Source: Candidatus Azambacteria bacterium RIFCSPHIGHO2_02_FULL_52_12
GTDB taxonomy: Bacteria > Patescibacteriota > Minisyncoccia > GWC2-36-17 > WO2-46-25
Assembly: GCA_001775835.1 (NCBI GenBank)
Contig: MEYP01000005.1
Coordinates: 13,457-47,394 of the forward strand
Length of the DNA: 33,938 bases
Direction: 5' to 3'
Within the stretch, counting starts at the first letter, position 1. The number at the start of each line of letters is the position of its first letter. Made by a program: the position numbers and the translations under genes. Positions 9,839-17,955 of this stretch are shown here, one piece after another. The notes under the pieces were generated by a model. It worked only from the letters and a program-made list of their open reading frames with translations, searched no databases and was not told the DNA's origin.

Positions 9839-10132
9839 CTAGGATTTAATCTTAAACGGTCGCTTGTTAACCTCTTCTAGAATTCTCAGCGTCGCATGCA
9901 CCGAAAGATTGTCGCTCGGCAAAAGAATTAGACGATCGCCCAATTGATGAAGCAATGGACTCAAAAATTCATCCGCCCATGAGGGCGATAATGTGAATAC
10001 GCCGGAAAAATCAATTTCCAGCTCTTCATCTTGAGAAAGCTCGCGCAGGGTCGGCTGAAACGCCTTAAAGGCCTCACCCCCCAATTCCCGCGATAGCAAT
10101 GTTTTACCAAACTTTTCCAGTTGCAGTTTCAT
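9839..10132 (-). CDS. STAS-like DUF4325 protein
   Basis: LLSRELG...IDFSGVFTLSPSWADEF pattern. Confidence 0.8.
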   Translation of the reverse strand: MKLQLEKFGKTLLSRELGGEAFKAFQPTLRELSQDEELEIDFSGVFTLSPSWADEFLSPLLHQLGDRLILLPSDNLSVHATLRILEEVNKRPFKIKS

Positions 10133-10145
10133 ATATTTTTATTTA

Positions 10146-10274
10146 CTAAAATTCTATTTCTGCCAGACATCCCCGTACGATACGCTGACCGCGCGTAACA
10201 CGAAATGCTTTATCCGATCCTTTCATGCGCACTTCGGCATCACCGCTGGTTGAGAAGAGAAAATAAGTGGACTC
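10146..10274 (-). pseudogene. Probable C-terminal remnant of the ATPase-like partner normally upstream of DUF4325
   Basis: Open frame ...FSTSGDAEVRMKGSDKAFRVTRGQRIVRGCLAEIEF* with no convincing start; GC-richer than the adjacent TA genes; stops 13 nt before the DUF4325 start. Confidence 0.5.
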
Positions 10275-10275
10275 C

Positions 10276-10671
10276 CTACAAAATTTTAGAATATTCGGGA
10301 TAATTTTCTTTCACTAAATTCTTCCAGCTTGCAGTTTCGTTACCGCCACCCAGATCATTTTTATTGTAAACAACTAACACCTTAACGACGCAAGTATTTT
10401 TATATACAGCGACAATGCAACGGTTTCCTGAAGCGTGTCGAGATTCCTGCGTGCCATGAACACGAAATTCTGTCTTACAAATTCTTATACCTTCCTGATC
10501 GGTCATGGTTTCCGCAATATTAGTTTCCCCGATAAGCGCATCGATACGCTTAAACTCTTCATGTATTGCGTTCCATGTCACATCCCAAGCCCCTTTATAT
10601 TTTTTCTTAAACTTAGAGATAAAGTGTCGCTCAGCATATTTTTCAACGATAACGGCATAATTAATAGACAT
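10276..10671 (-). CDS. Putative RelE/ParE-like toxin
   Basis: 131 aa, overlaps the antitoxin gene; SGNRCIVAV...VKVLVVYNKND resembles the RelE/HigB C-terminal pattern. Confidence 0.55.
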   Translation of the reverse strand: MSINYAVIVEKYAERHFISKFKKKYKGAWDVTWNAIHEEFKRIDALIGETNIAETMTDQEGIRICKTEFRVHGTQESRHASGNRCIVAVYKNTCVVKVLVVYNKNDLGGGNETASWKNLVKENYPEYSKIL

Positions 10672-11344
10672 AATCAGGATCTTGCTGAATTATCAGTTCG
10701 TACGGTATGGCTTCATCAGGAGCGCAAAGTTTGTACGGAAGTTGTTCATGAGTAAAATCGACAATATCGCGAGTATTTTTATTTTTCCATTTTCCACCGA
10801 TTTTTTTTATAAGTTCTACTTCTTTATCATTCAGCAAATCAAGTTTTTGTTTAGAAGAGGAACCGGAAAGCGACACAAGAAACGCGTCTCCTTTATGATC
10901 AACGGATATTTTACCTTCTTCCTCAAGCTCTGTAAGGGCTCGAAAATAAGGGTCGGGTACGGGACCATACGCACGGCGCAGATACTGCATCCCGCTCATG
11001 CTATTCAGATTTTTGTAATACCATGCAAAATCAGCAAGATAGAGTAACTTTGCTAATTTTGTTTTTGGTATTTTGCCGTCAGTAGCTACGGAAGATTTTA
11101 GATATGCAAGGATCATTTGTTTATACTTCTCGTATTTGGGCAACGTTGCGCTGGCAAATTCCTCAATAGAAATACCAAACAAATCTTTTAATTTCTCCGC
11201 TTCTTCTAAAGTTATTTCACGACTTCCATGCTCAATACCAATGTATGAAGGTCTTGAAATATTAAGCTTCCCGGCCATAAAAGACTGGGAAAAACCCCGT
11301 CCCGTTCTAAGAGCCTTGATAAATTGCGCATATTTATTACTCAT
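10661..11344 (-). CDS. XRE-HTH plus Panacea (DUF4065/SocA) antitoxin
   Basis: N-terminal HTH (SQSFMAGKLNISRPSYIGIEHG); KLAKLLYLAD, YGPVP and FTHEQLPY motifs. Start MSNKY chosen from promoter position. Confidence 0.88.
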   Translation of the reverse strand: MSNKYAQFIKALRTGRGFSQSFMAGKLNISRPSYIGIEHGSREITLEEAEKLKDLFGISIEEFASATLPKYEKYKQMILAYLKSSVATDGKIPKTKLAKLLYLADFAWYYKNLNSMSGMQYLRRAYGPVPDPYFRALTELEEEGKISVDHKGDAFLVSLSGSSSKQKLDLLNDKEVELIKKIGGKWKNKNTRDIVDFTHEQLPYKLCAPDEAIPYELIIQQDPDYVY

Positions 11345-11351
11345 ATATCTA

Positions 11352-11403
11352 AGCATATAGATTTATGTAAAAAAGTCAAGCATGGGGTGTTAATAAACTT
11401 GAC
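11352..11403 (-). promoter_or_regulatory. Promoter TTGACT-16-TATGCT with inverted repeat GTCAAG...CTTGAC (candidate autoregulatory operator)
   Basis: -35 at 11374-11379, -10 at 11352-11357; inverted hexamers at 11375-11380 and 11398-11403. Confidence 0.5.
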
Positions 11404-11450
11404 ATTATGCATGTACGCATAGCGCTTTTTCTTCGTACTGTTAAAACTTT

Positions 11451-11528
11451 AAAACCACCCGGAACTTCTTCGGGAAATCCTGCGCATCATGCGCATGGGC
11501 CGAATCCCTCTGCGGCATTACCCCGCTC
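11451..11528 (-). repeat. 78-bp imperfect palindromic repeat, copy 2
   Basis: 8 differences from copy 1, all transitions. Confidence 0.95.
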
Positions 11529-11572
11529 TGTGCGCAGAATATCGCATGTACCTTGCTCAAGGAAATTCTTAA

Positions 11573-11612
11573 GGATAACCAAAAAGCGCCGAGCGGCGCT
11601 TTTTGGTTATCC
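11573..11612. terminator. Bidirectional intrinsic terminator
   Basis: Perfect 18-bp stem GGATAACCAAAAAGCGCC-GAGC-GGCGCTTTTTGGTTATCC. Confidence 0.85.
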
Positions 11613-11786
11613 AGTTTTTGCCTTTAGACGGGATTGTTCAAATACCCTTCTTTGATCTTCATTCGCCTTTCGTATGACCTCTTGAAATAGGCGCTTTTTT
11701 TCTCGAGAACTTGCATCATTAAAAAAAGCTGAAAAATCGCTCTTTTGCAAGCTTTTGCCAAATAATTTAGTTAAAATCCGTTTCAT
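11607..11786 (-). CDS. 59-aa zeta-toxin-associated small protein (putative antitoxin); absent from the ORF track
   Basis: MKRILTKLFGKSLQKSDFSAFFNDASSREKKRLFQEVIRKANEDQRRVFEQSRLKAKTG; ATGA overlap with the zeta gene stop. Confidence 0.75.
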   Translation of the reverse strand: MKRILTKLFGKSLQKSDFSAFFNDASSREKKRLFQEVIRKANEDQRRVFEQSRLKAKTG

Positions 11787-12484
11787 TTAATGAGGTTTAT
11801 TAATTCTTCTTCAGTATATATCTTGTCTAAATAATGGTCAATGGTGTCAATATTCAATTTAAGAAGCTCTAACCCGGTATTAAAATTCTTTATGATGAGG
11901 TTTAATTCTACTTTGTCCTTGAATTGCCGTTTCGCTTCATTCACATTCTCTCTTGAAGCAAGAAAACCCTTGATAAACATCTCTTTTGAAACTCTTCGAT
12001 GCTCAATTTCCTCTCTTTTCTTAGTAAAATCCCACGCAACAATAGGATCTTGGAAAAGATAGAAGATTTCAATCTTCCTGCCATGATCAATTGACCTTTG
12101 AATATTGAGAAGCGCTCCTTTGTAAGCGAAGGTTCCGTCTAAAACAACATTAAGTTGATTTTTAATGACATAATCGTAAAGTTTATTGACGCCAATTGAG
12201 CAGGCTGACTGAAATAAATGGGCATTGCTACCATTGTAATTAGGAAACATATTTCTAATCTCATCCGCATCAATTCGAACCGGCTTAGTAGAAAACCTCT
12301 CAATCAAACGCTTGGAAACTTCTGTTTTACCGGCACCCGGTGAGCCAGCCATAAAAAGAGAAACGGGACTGCTATCCGGTTTATAAAATGCCGGGTCGGC
12401 AAACTTTTTTATAAGCTTTTCTTTTTGCTCTTTTATAAATCTTTCCGATTCGGCGATAATTTTTTGTTCCTCATTATTTTCCAT
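11783..12484 (-). CDS. Zeta toxin family P-loop kinase
   Basis: FMAGSPGAGKT Walker A; RIDADEIR, VVLDGT and RRV motifs. Confidence 0.88.
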   Translation of the reverse strand: MENNEEQKIIAESERFIKEQKEKLIKKFADPAFYKPDSSPVSLFMAGSPGAGKTEVSKRLIERFSTKPVRIDADEIRNMFPNYNGSNAHLFQSACSIGVNKLYDYVIKNQLNVVLDGTFAYKGALLNIQRSIDHGRKIEIFYLFQDPIVAWDFTKKREEIEHRRVSKEMFIKGFLASRENVNEAKRQFKDKVELNLIIKNFNTGLELLKLNIDTIDHYLDKIYTEEELINLIK

Positions 12485-12508
12485 AAATCTATTGTACCCT
12501 ATAACACC

Positions 12509-12586
12509 AAAACCACCCAGAACTTCTTCAGGAAATCCTGCGCATCATGCGCATGAACTGAATCCCTCTACGGCGTTGTCCCATTC
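12509..12586 (-). repeat. 78-bp imperfect palindromic repeat, copy 3
   Basis: 9 differences from copy 1, all transitions. Confidence 0.95.
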
Positions 12587-12688
12587 CGCTGAAAAATTGA
12601 CCTGGTCTTTATACCTTCTGGAATACAAACAAATGCTCGTGCATTATCAATAAAAAATTTGATTCTTTTGATTGTTTTAATTTCATAT

Positions 12689-12919
12689 TTAGTTAACGAT
12701 GCCCGTCTTGCTTATCTGTTTCTTATTTTTAAAAAACTTTAAACTACACAGTGAACAATAGTTTTCAGCTACTTTATCAAAAAACGACATGACCACTGAC
12801 TCCTTTATTTCTTCTTGTGTTTTAAATCCAATATTATACTTTATAAAAATTTCACGCGGAGTACATCGAGCCATATCCAATAAAATTTTGCCTATCTCTT
12901 CTTTCTTTTTTGTTTTCAT
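12689..12919 (-). CDS. Small hypothetical protein
   Basis: 76-aa ORF co-oriented with its neighbours in AT-rich DNA. Confidence 0.45.
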   Translation of the reverse strand: MKTKKKEEIGKILLDMARCTPREIFIKYNIGFKTQEEIKESVVMSFFDKVAENYCSLCSLKFFKNKKQISKTGIVN

Positions 12920-12977
12920 AAAATCAGATGTAAACTAATAATACTCTGATCTTTGATCGAAATGGAAATAAAGTCAA

Positions 12978-13748
12978 CTACCGCACTTGATAAGTTCCTC
13001 GCTCCACAAAATCAAGATATCCTTTATCGCGCAAAACTTGTAGCTGTTGGCGGATTTTATCCTTGATATGCTTATTATCAGGGTGTAATTGGCTCAAATC
13101 TTTTTCAAACGCATATATATCATCGAGTCGAAATTCTTTTTTACCGATTTTGTCCACATACCGCATCACATCAAGCAGCCAGCCTTTCGCTGAAGCTTCT
13201 TTTTCTTCCCGCAGGAACAGCGTCTTCTTCCATTCCGCAAGCACTTTTTCCTTCGATTCAACTTGCTTATTTTTAACAAAAAATATTTTCCCCGTTTGCG
13301 GAATGCTTTGTAAGAGAATATTGCAACCAACCCAGCCCGCACGGCGAGCTGTCAGCGCAAGCTTTTTTCTCTTCTCGATTATTTCCGGCACAAAAAAGTG
13401 TTTTGGAATAACAAGAAAGTTTACAACTTCAAGGCTTGCTAAATTATAATTCAAAAGAAAAAAGTTTGGATTACTGCTACTAGTCAGCCGCTCAAGCATT
13501 GTGCGGTACGCTCCGTCAACAATCTTGTTCCCCATGCTATCTCGCTTACTCTTCAATTCATAATCTTCATTGCAATTTGGACAATAAAAATCACCGACGG
13601 GCTTGTTACTTTTGTATTTCCCTAAATCAACATATCCGCAATTCGGACAAAATATGGAATTGCCGACCCATGCTTCCGTCAAAACACGCGCTCTTTGCGC
13701 TAGATTTTTGTAATTCTCGGCAAGTTTTGTGTTAAAACCTAATTCCAT
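12978..13748 (-). CDS. DpnI-family (Dam-replacing) m6A-dependent restriction endonuclease
   Basis: CPNCG...DFYCPNC.EDYELKSK, IVDGAY, NPNFFLL, RRAGWVGC; winged-helix HIKDKIRQQLQVLRDKG. Confidence 0.93.
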   Translation of the reverse strand: MELGFNTKLAENYKNLAQRARVLTEAWVGNSIFCPNCGYVDLGKYKSNKPVGDFYCPNCNEDYELKSKRDSMGNKIVDGAYRTMLERLTSSSNPNFFLLNYNLASLEVVNFLVIPKHFFVPEIIEKRKKLALTARRAGWVGCNILLQSIPQTGKIFFVKNKQVESKEKVLAEWKKTLFLREEKEASAKGWLLDVMRYVDKIGKKEFRLDDIYAFEKDLSQLHPDNKHIKDKIRQQLQVLRDKGYLDFVERGTYQVR

Positions 13749-13917
13749 AGTTATTGTCCCTTGTCTCAATTTCCATCATTGAATAAATTTTCTAGATATA
13801 TAGCTATTCTGTGACTCATGGATTGTTCGTATGCGTGAAGACTCAGTAATTCAATATTATTATCAAGAAAAATTTAAACTACACTTTCGACTTTGCTTTA
13901 TAAATTTTCCATATTTT

Positions 13918-16740
13918 TTAACCTAACTTTTCCTTATTAAGAATTAATTTTATTTCTAGTTTGCTACACAAACTTTGTTTTTCAGAAATTTTCATATCAA
14001 ATTTGTACAGATATTCAATTACAAGTATGCGAAGGATTCTTCTTGCTAGGTAATTTTTTTCAAAAATTCTATCTAGATTTATAATTTCTTCAGAATGTAG
14101 TCCGCCTGGAAAATTAAGTCTAGCAGCCAAGTTAACAAGCTGGACACCTGGTCGTAAATCCTTTTCCGAAATCTTTTCCATGGTAGGAAATATATTTTTT
14201 GATGCGACGCTATTACTTATCCTTTTTAAAAAAGCATAAACAATCATTTCAGTGAAATTTTGAATGATTTTATCAGCAATTCGTTCTTTCTCAGCCTCAT
14301 CCACAGCCTTCTTCTTCTCAACCACCTTAAGGACTTCAATTTTAAGAGACTCAGCAAACTTTCCAAAATCATCAAGAAGTGCACCTAGAGCCCTAAAACC
14401 CAAGGAATTAATCTCAATTAGTATCTCTGCTTTCCTCTTACCCTCTAATGAGCCATAGTAATTTTGAGTAATTTGACCCATTATCTCTAACAATTTAAAA
14501 GACAAATTGATCTCTCCAAATAGGCCTAAATCTTTTTTGCTTTTGTGTTCTTTTTCTTTCTTATTGTCTTTCTCGTTAACTTCTTCGATTTCATCTCTCT
14601 TGGCAAGCTCTTTTTTCCGATATTCACTCGGTTTCTCGTCCTTGATAGTGAAACTAACTTCTTGGCGAATTAATTTATTAATTTCAAAGGATGCAGAATT
14701 TGTAAGCGCAAAAGGTTCAACTTCTTTGAAGAGATCCGAAGATTCTTTGATTATTTTCTCTAGAATTGATTTGCTTTTTGAATGATGTATTAAAAAGATT
14801 AGGATATTTGCATATTCTGTGCGGTATAGATGTTTAGTAATCTCTTCAATGTTTTGTTTAATATCATCATTTTCAATGTTATCGGCAAAATATTTTGCAA
14901 CAAAAAAATAATAAGAATAGTTATGACTGAATGAATATGAGTCATCATAAAATCTCAATATCTGGGCTCTATTTAGAAGCGGGTGGAGTATATCGAATTC
15001 TTTATCAATATCCATCTCTTGACTATAATTTTTATATATAACTTTAAGCTCGTTCAATGGTATAGATCTTTGACCTTTTCTAAAAAAAGAATATGCAAGG
15101 TATGATAAGTATGTAAGATAAAAATCAAGATCTTCTGGCTTTGCATTAACACTACCTAAAGACTGGATAATAAGATACGTATAAAGTTCTGCATATGAAC
15201 TACCTTGGAGCTTGTTTTTACTCGTAGTCTCAATTAACTGCAGAATTGTAAGCAGATAAAGCGGGTAGGTGGGAATAAAGTTTGTACCTACTGCAACTCT
15301 AATCTTTTCAGATATTTCAATTTTTTTATTATGTATATCACTGTCAGGAGTAATATCACCATCACCGGCTGTTAACCATTTTTCAATAAGCTTATCTCGC
15401 AAGACATAACCAAGTTCTTTTATTTTCAGTGGTATAAAACCAGTTAGTTGTTTTCGAGTTTCACTGTCGGCCATTACTTCAATCTCCATAGATTTGTTAG
15501 CAAAGATAATGACATTTTCAAAATGCTTATTTAGAAATTCATGAAAATCTGCCCTCGCTTGTGTCCTTTTAATACTAAGTGATTCGTAATTATCTATAAT
15601 TAGAGAGATTTTTGAGTTATCCTTCGAAAGGATGTCCTCGAAACAGCTAAGATATTGATCTCCATCAGAATATTGTTTTTTAAAAGAAGTTTTTAAAAGG
15701 TTTGTAAATTTATTTAAATCTGCTTTTTTTATATCTTCAGCATCTAAATAAAGCGAAATGAACCCTTTGCTGTTTATATCTTTTTGAAGCATTTGTGCCA
15801 AAGTCGTCTTGCCCGACAGGTCTTCTCCGAAAACCAGACATTTCTTGAGACCCTTTTCCAGTTCTACAAGTTTTTTAGAGTCAATTTTCTCTTGTTTCTC
15901 GTCCTCAATGGGTTCAAGACTTGGATAAATAAAGATGTCTTCCAAAGAAAGCACATCTTTACCAGGATGCGTGATATGCATCCCTATTTCATTTATTTTC
16001 CTAACATATACATCAGAAAGATTCATGCGCTCTGGACAAACTTGGTTGGCAAATATACCTATTTTGGGAAACTCACACACTTTTTTGCAATTAATATCTT
16101 TATGAAAGATCTCCGTCTGTATAAAAAAATCTAAAAGAGTGGCTTCTTTTACTAGCTCAGAAGTGAGGGCATTGGTAAAAATGACCCCATCTGGCATGCC
16201 TCCATTTAAGGTCTCGACAGCCCAGAAATTGCCCCGCTGTGAAATCACCAATGATACATTTCCAATTTTATTTTTATCTTTAATAGTCTCCTCGACAGCT
16301 CTTTCAGACAAGATACTTGGTTGAATAACTTTAGCATTAACATAAGCTTCGATAAGTTTGTCTGGAGTATAAAAAAAGAAATCGTGATTATTATCTTTTT
16401 TTAATTTATCGACTAAGCCCTCAGCATCTTTTGTTAGCGGTGCAGTAACCACAAGCCACGCCTCAGCATATTTATTGATCTCCTTTACTCCAAAAAGTTT
16501 TGTAATAACTTCAGCAGAAATATTTTTAGATTCATTATAGGCTTTGCACTCAACGTAGATTTCTTTACCATTAGTTTTATGTACACACAACAAATCCAGC
16601 TCCATGCCAGTAAGTCGTAGTTGTTTTTTAACCGCGTAATTTTGCGTTTCAAGAAGTTCTCCAGTTAACTTCTCGAGTATTTTACCCTTTTCTGTGGATG
16701 ATTCCGATTTTAAAATGGCGACTTTAATCGACTGAGACAT
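13918..16740 (-). CDS. Mrr-like nuclease fused to STAND/NACHT-like NTPase and a helical C-terminus
   Basis: N-terminal KGKILE...ELDL...YVECKAY (PD-ExK); Walker A GEDLSGKTT; Walker B LIIDNYE; PLYL; YSFSHNY. Start MSQSIK. Confidence 0.85.
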   Translation of the reverse strand: MSQSIKVAILKSESSTEKGKILEKLTGELLETQNYAVKKQLRLTGMELDLLCVHKTNGKEIYVECKAYNESKNISAEVITKLFGVKEINKYAEAWLVVTAPLTKDAEGLVDKLKKDNNHDFFFYTPDKLIEAYVNAKVIQPSILSERAVEETIKDKNKIGNVSLVISQRGNFWAVETLNGGMPDGVIFTNALTSELVKEATLLDFFIQTEIFHKDINCKKVCEFPKIGIFANQVCPERMNLSDVYVRKINEIGMHITHPGKDVLSLEDIFIYPSLEPIEDEKQEKIDSKKLVELEKGLKKCLVFGEDLSGKTTLAQMLQKDINSKGFISLYLDAEDIKKADLNKFTNLLKTSFKKQYSDGDQYLSCFEDILSKDNSKISLIIDNYESLSIKRTQARADFHEFLNKHFENVIIFANKSMEIEVMADSETRKQLTGFIPLKIKELGYVLRDKLIEKWLTAGDGDITPDSDIHNKKIEISEKIRVAVGTNFIPTYPLYLLTILQLIETTSKNKLQGSSYAELYTYLIIQSLGSVNAKPEDLDFYLTYLSYLAYSFFRKGQRSIPLNELKVIYKNYSQEMDIDKEFDILHPLLNRAQILRFYDDSYSFSHNYSYYFFVAKYFADNIENDDIKQNIEEITKHLYRTEYANILIFLIHHSKSKSILEKIIKESSDLFKEVEPFALTNSASFEINKLIRQEVSFTIKDEKPSEYRKKELAKRDEIEEVNEKDNKKEKEHKSKKDLGLFGEINLSFKLLEIMGQITQNYYGSLEGKRKAEILIEINSLGFRALGALLDDFGKFAESLKIEVLKVVEKKKAVDEAEKERIADKIIQNFTEMIVYAFLKRISNSVASKNIFPTMEKISEKDLRPGVQLVNLAARLNFPGGLHSEEIINLDRIFEKNYLARRILRILVIEYLYKFDMKISEKQSLCSKLEIKLILNKEKLG

Positions 16741-16827
16741 AATGTTTTGGGCGTACTTCCCGAGTGCGAGAATTACACATAAATTAGCTGGCCTTATGGG
16801 ACGATGTTGGAACTGCAATAAAGATGT

Positions 16828-17361
16828 TTAGTAATGCAAGCAAAATAACTTCAGTAGAAAAATCCAAGGCATAACTGACAATAAAAGTGCAGAATAAATA
16901 ACAATAAAAATCCAAGGAACCCAAATCTCGATATGGGTAAAAGGCCAGTATATACTTTTATCCTTGCCTCTTCCTAAGATTTCCCATTCCGTATCGTAAA
17001 GAGCTAAAGGTAAACGTGCCTCTATTATGTGAACAACATTATATTTTCCACCATTAAGGCCTTTATAAGACAATACAATTCGATACCATAAATAACACAT
17101 TGTTATTCCCGCTATAGAAGAAAGGATTAGTAGCCCCGTGATTTCATTTTGTGAAGTTTTTGTAGCAACAAATCCCAACAAAGCTACAAGCCCAGTATTT
17201 AGGCCGAGAAAAAACTCATTGGCCTTTTGTCGACGATCACTTATTTTTTCGGCAGAGTTTATATAGATTTTATACTGCTCTAAAAGATGCTCTATATATT
17301 TGTCTCCGTATTTACTACTTTCAGAAACAAAAAGTATTTTTTCAAGATCATCCTTTTTCAT
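16828..17361 (-). CDS. Small multi-TM protein (RipA/SLATT-like pore-forming effector candidate)
   Basis: LLEQYK...SDRRQKANEFF, two TMs, SYKGLN..KY..IE..LP, EW, third TM. Starts 1 nt after the TIR stop. Confidence 0.7.
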   Translation of the reverse strand: MKKDDLEKILFVSESSKYGDKYIEHLLEQYKIYINSAEKISDRRQKANEFFLGLNTGLVALLGFVATKTSQNEITGLLILSSIAGITMCYLWYRIVLSYKGLNGGKYNVVHIIEARLPLALYDTEWEILGRGKDKSIYWPFTHIEIWVPWIFIVIYSALLLSVMPWIFLLKLFCLHY

Positions 17362-17362
17362 G

Positions 17363-17770
17363 TTAAGCGAGTTCGCGAATACCAGATACAATAGAGCCCG
17401 TGTTCCACTTCACGATTTTATCTGCATTGTCTTTCACTACTTGAGACGTTCTTTCGCTCGCGAATGGTTCTATTGCGAGAATGGGTTTAGGAATTGTAAA
17501 CCCTTTCGCAATATTAATTTCTTTATTGATCCAAATGCTATAGGTTGAATAAACTCCGGCGAGCATGATAATCACATCACAAAATCGCATTTGATTTTGT
17601 ATTGCCGCCGTTAATGCAATGGAATTGGGAGCGTTATGAATAGGATCGTCCTTTGGAACTGAATAGTCCTTAAAGTTAAATCGTGGGTCATTTTTAAGCA
17701 TTTTAACAAGCCTTTCATAATTATCCTCATAAGCCCATGAATGGCTGATGAATATACTGTATTGTTTCAT
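17363..17770 (-). CDS. Stand-alone TIR domain protein (ThsB/MTH538-like)
   Basis: IFISHSW, DYS, CDVIIMLAG, WINKEI (catalytic Glu position), KPILAI. Confidence 0.9.
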   Translation of the reverse strand: MKQYSIFISHSWAYEDNYERLVKMLKNDPRFNFKDYSVPKDDPIHNAPNSIALTAAIQNQMRFCDVIIMLAGVYSTYSIWINKEINIAKGFTIPKPILAIEPFASERTSQVVKDNADKIVKWNTGSIVSGIRELA

Positions 17771-17887
17771 ATATCCTTGGTTAATAGTAAATAATACCTT
17801 CTACCTTGACTGTGTTCATAACTTTTATAAAAATTTTGTCTTATTAAGCTTATAATGTTTCTAGAAAATGTGGGGATAAGTCACTTA

Positions 17888-17946
17888 TGGACTTTCTACT
17901 TTTTTCGTATATACTGTAATTATATGCCTTTCGAATAATAAGTCAA
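17888..17946. promoter_or_regulatory. Overlapping opposed sigma70-like promoters
   Basis: + strand: TGGACT(17888)-16-TATACT(17910). - strand: TTGACT(17946)-16-TATAAT(17924). Confidence 0.55.
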
Positions 17947-17955
17947 CAATAAAAA

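Noticed and set aside
8671-12586. 78-bp repeats as a CRISPR array or canonical integron attC sites
   Set aside because: They are too long and kilobases apart for CRISPR, and no cas genes are present. They lack RYYYAAC/GTTRRRY ends, and there is no tyrosine integrase in the window.
16828-17770. Canonical Thoeris or CBASS
   Set aside because: No ThsA SIR2/SLOG/Macro domain and no CD-NTase are visible.
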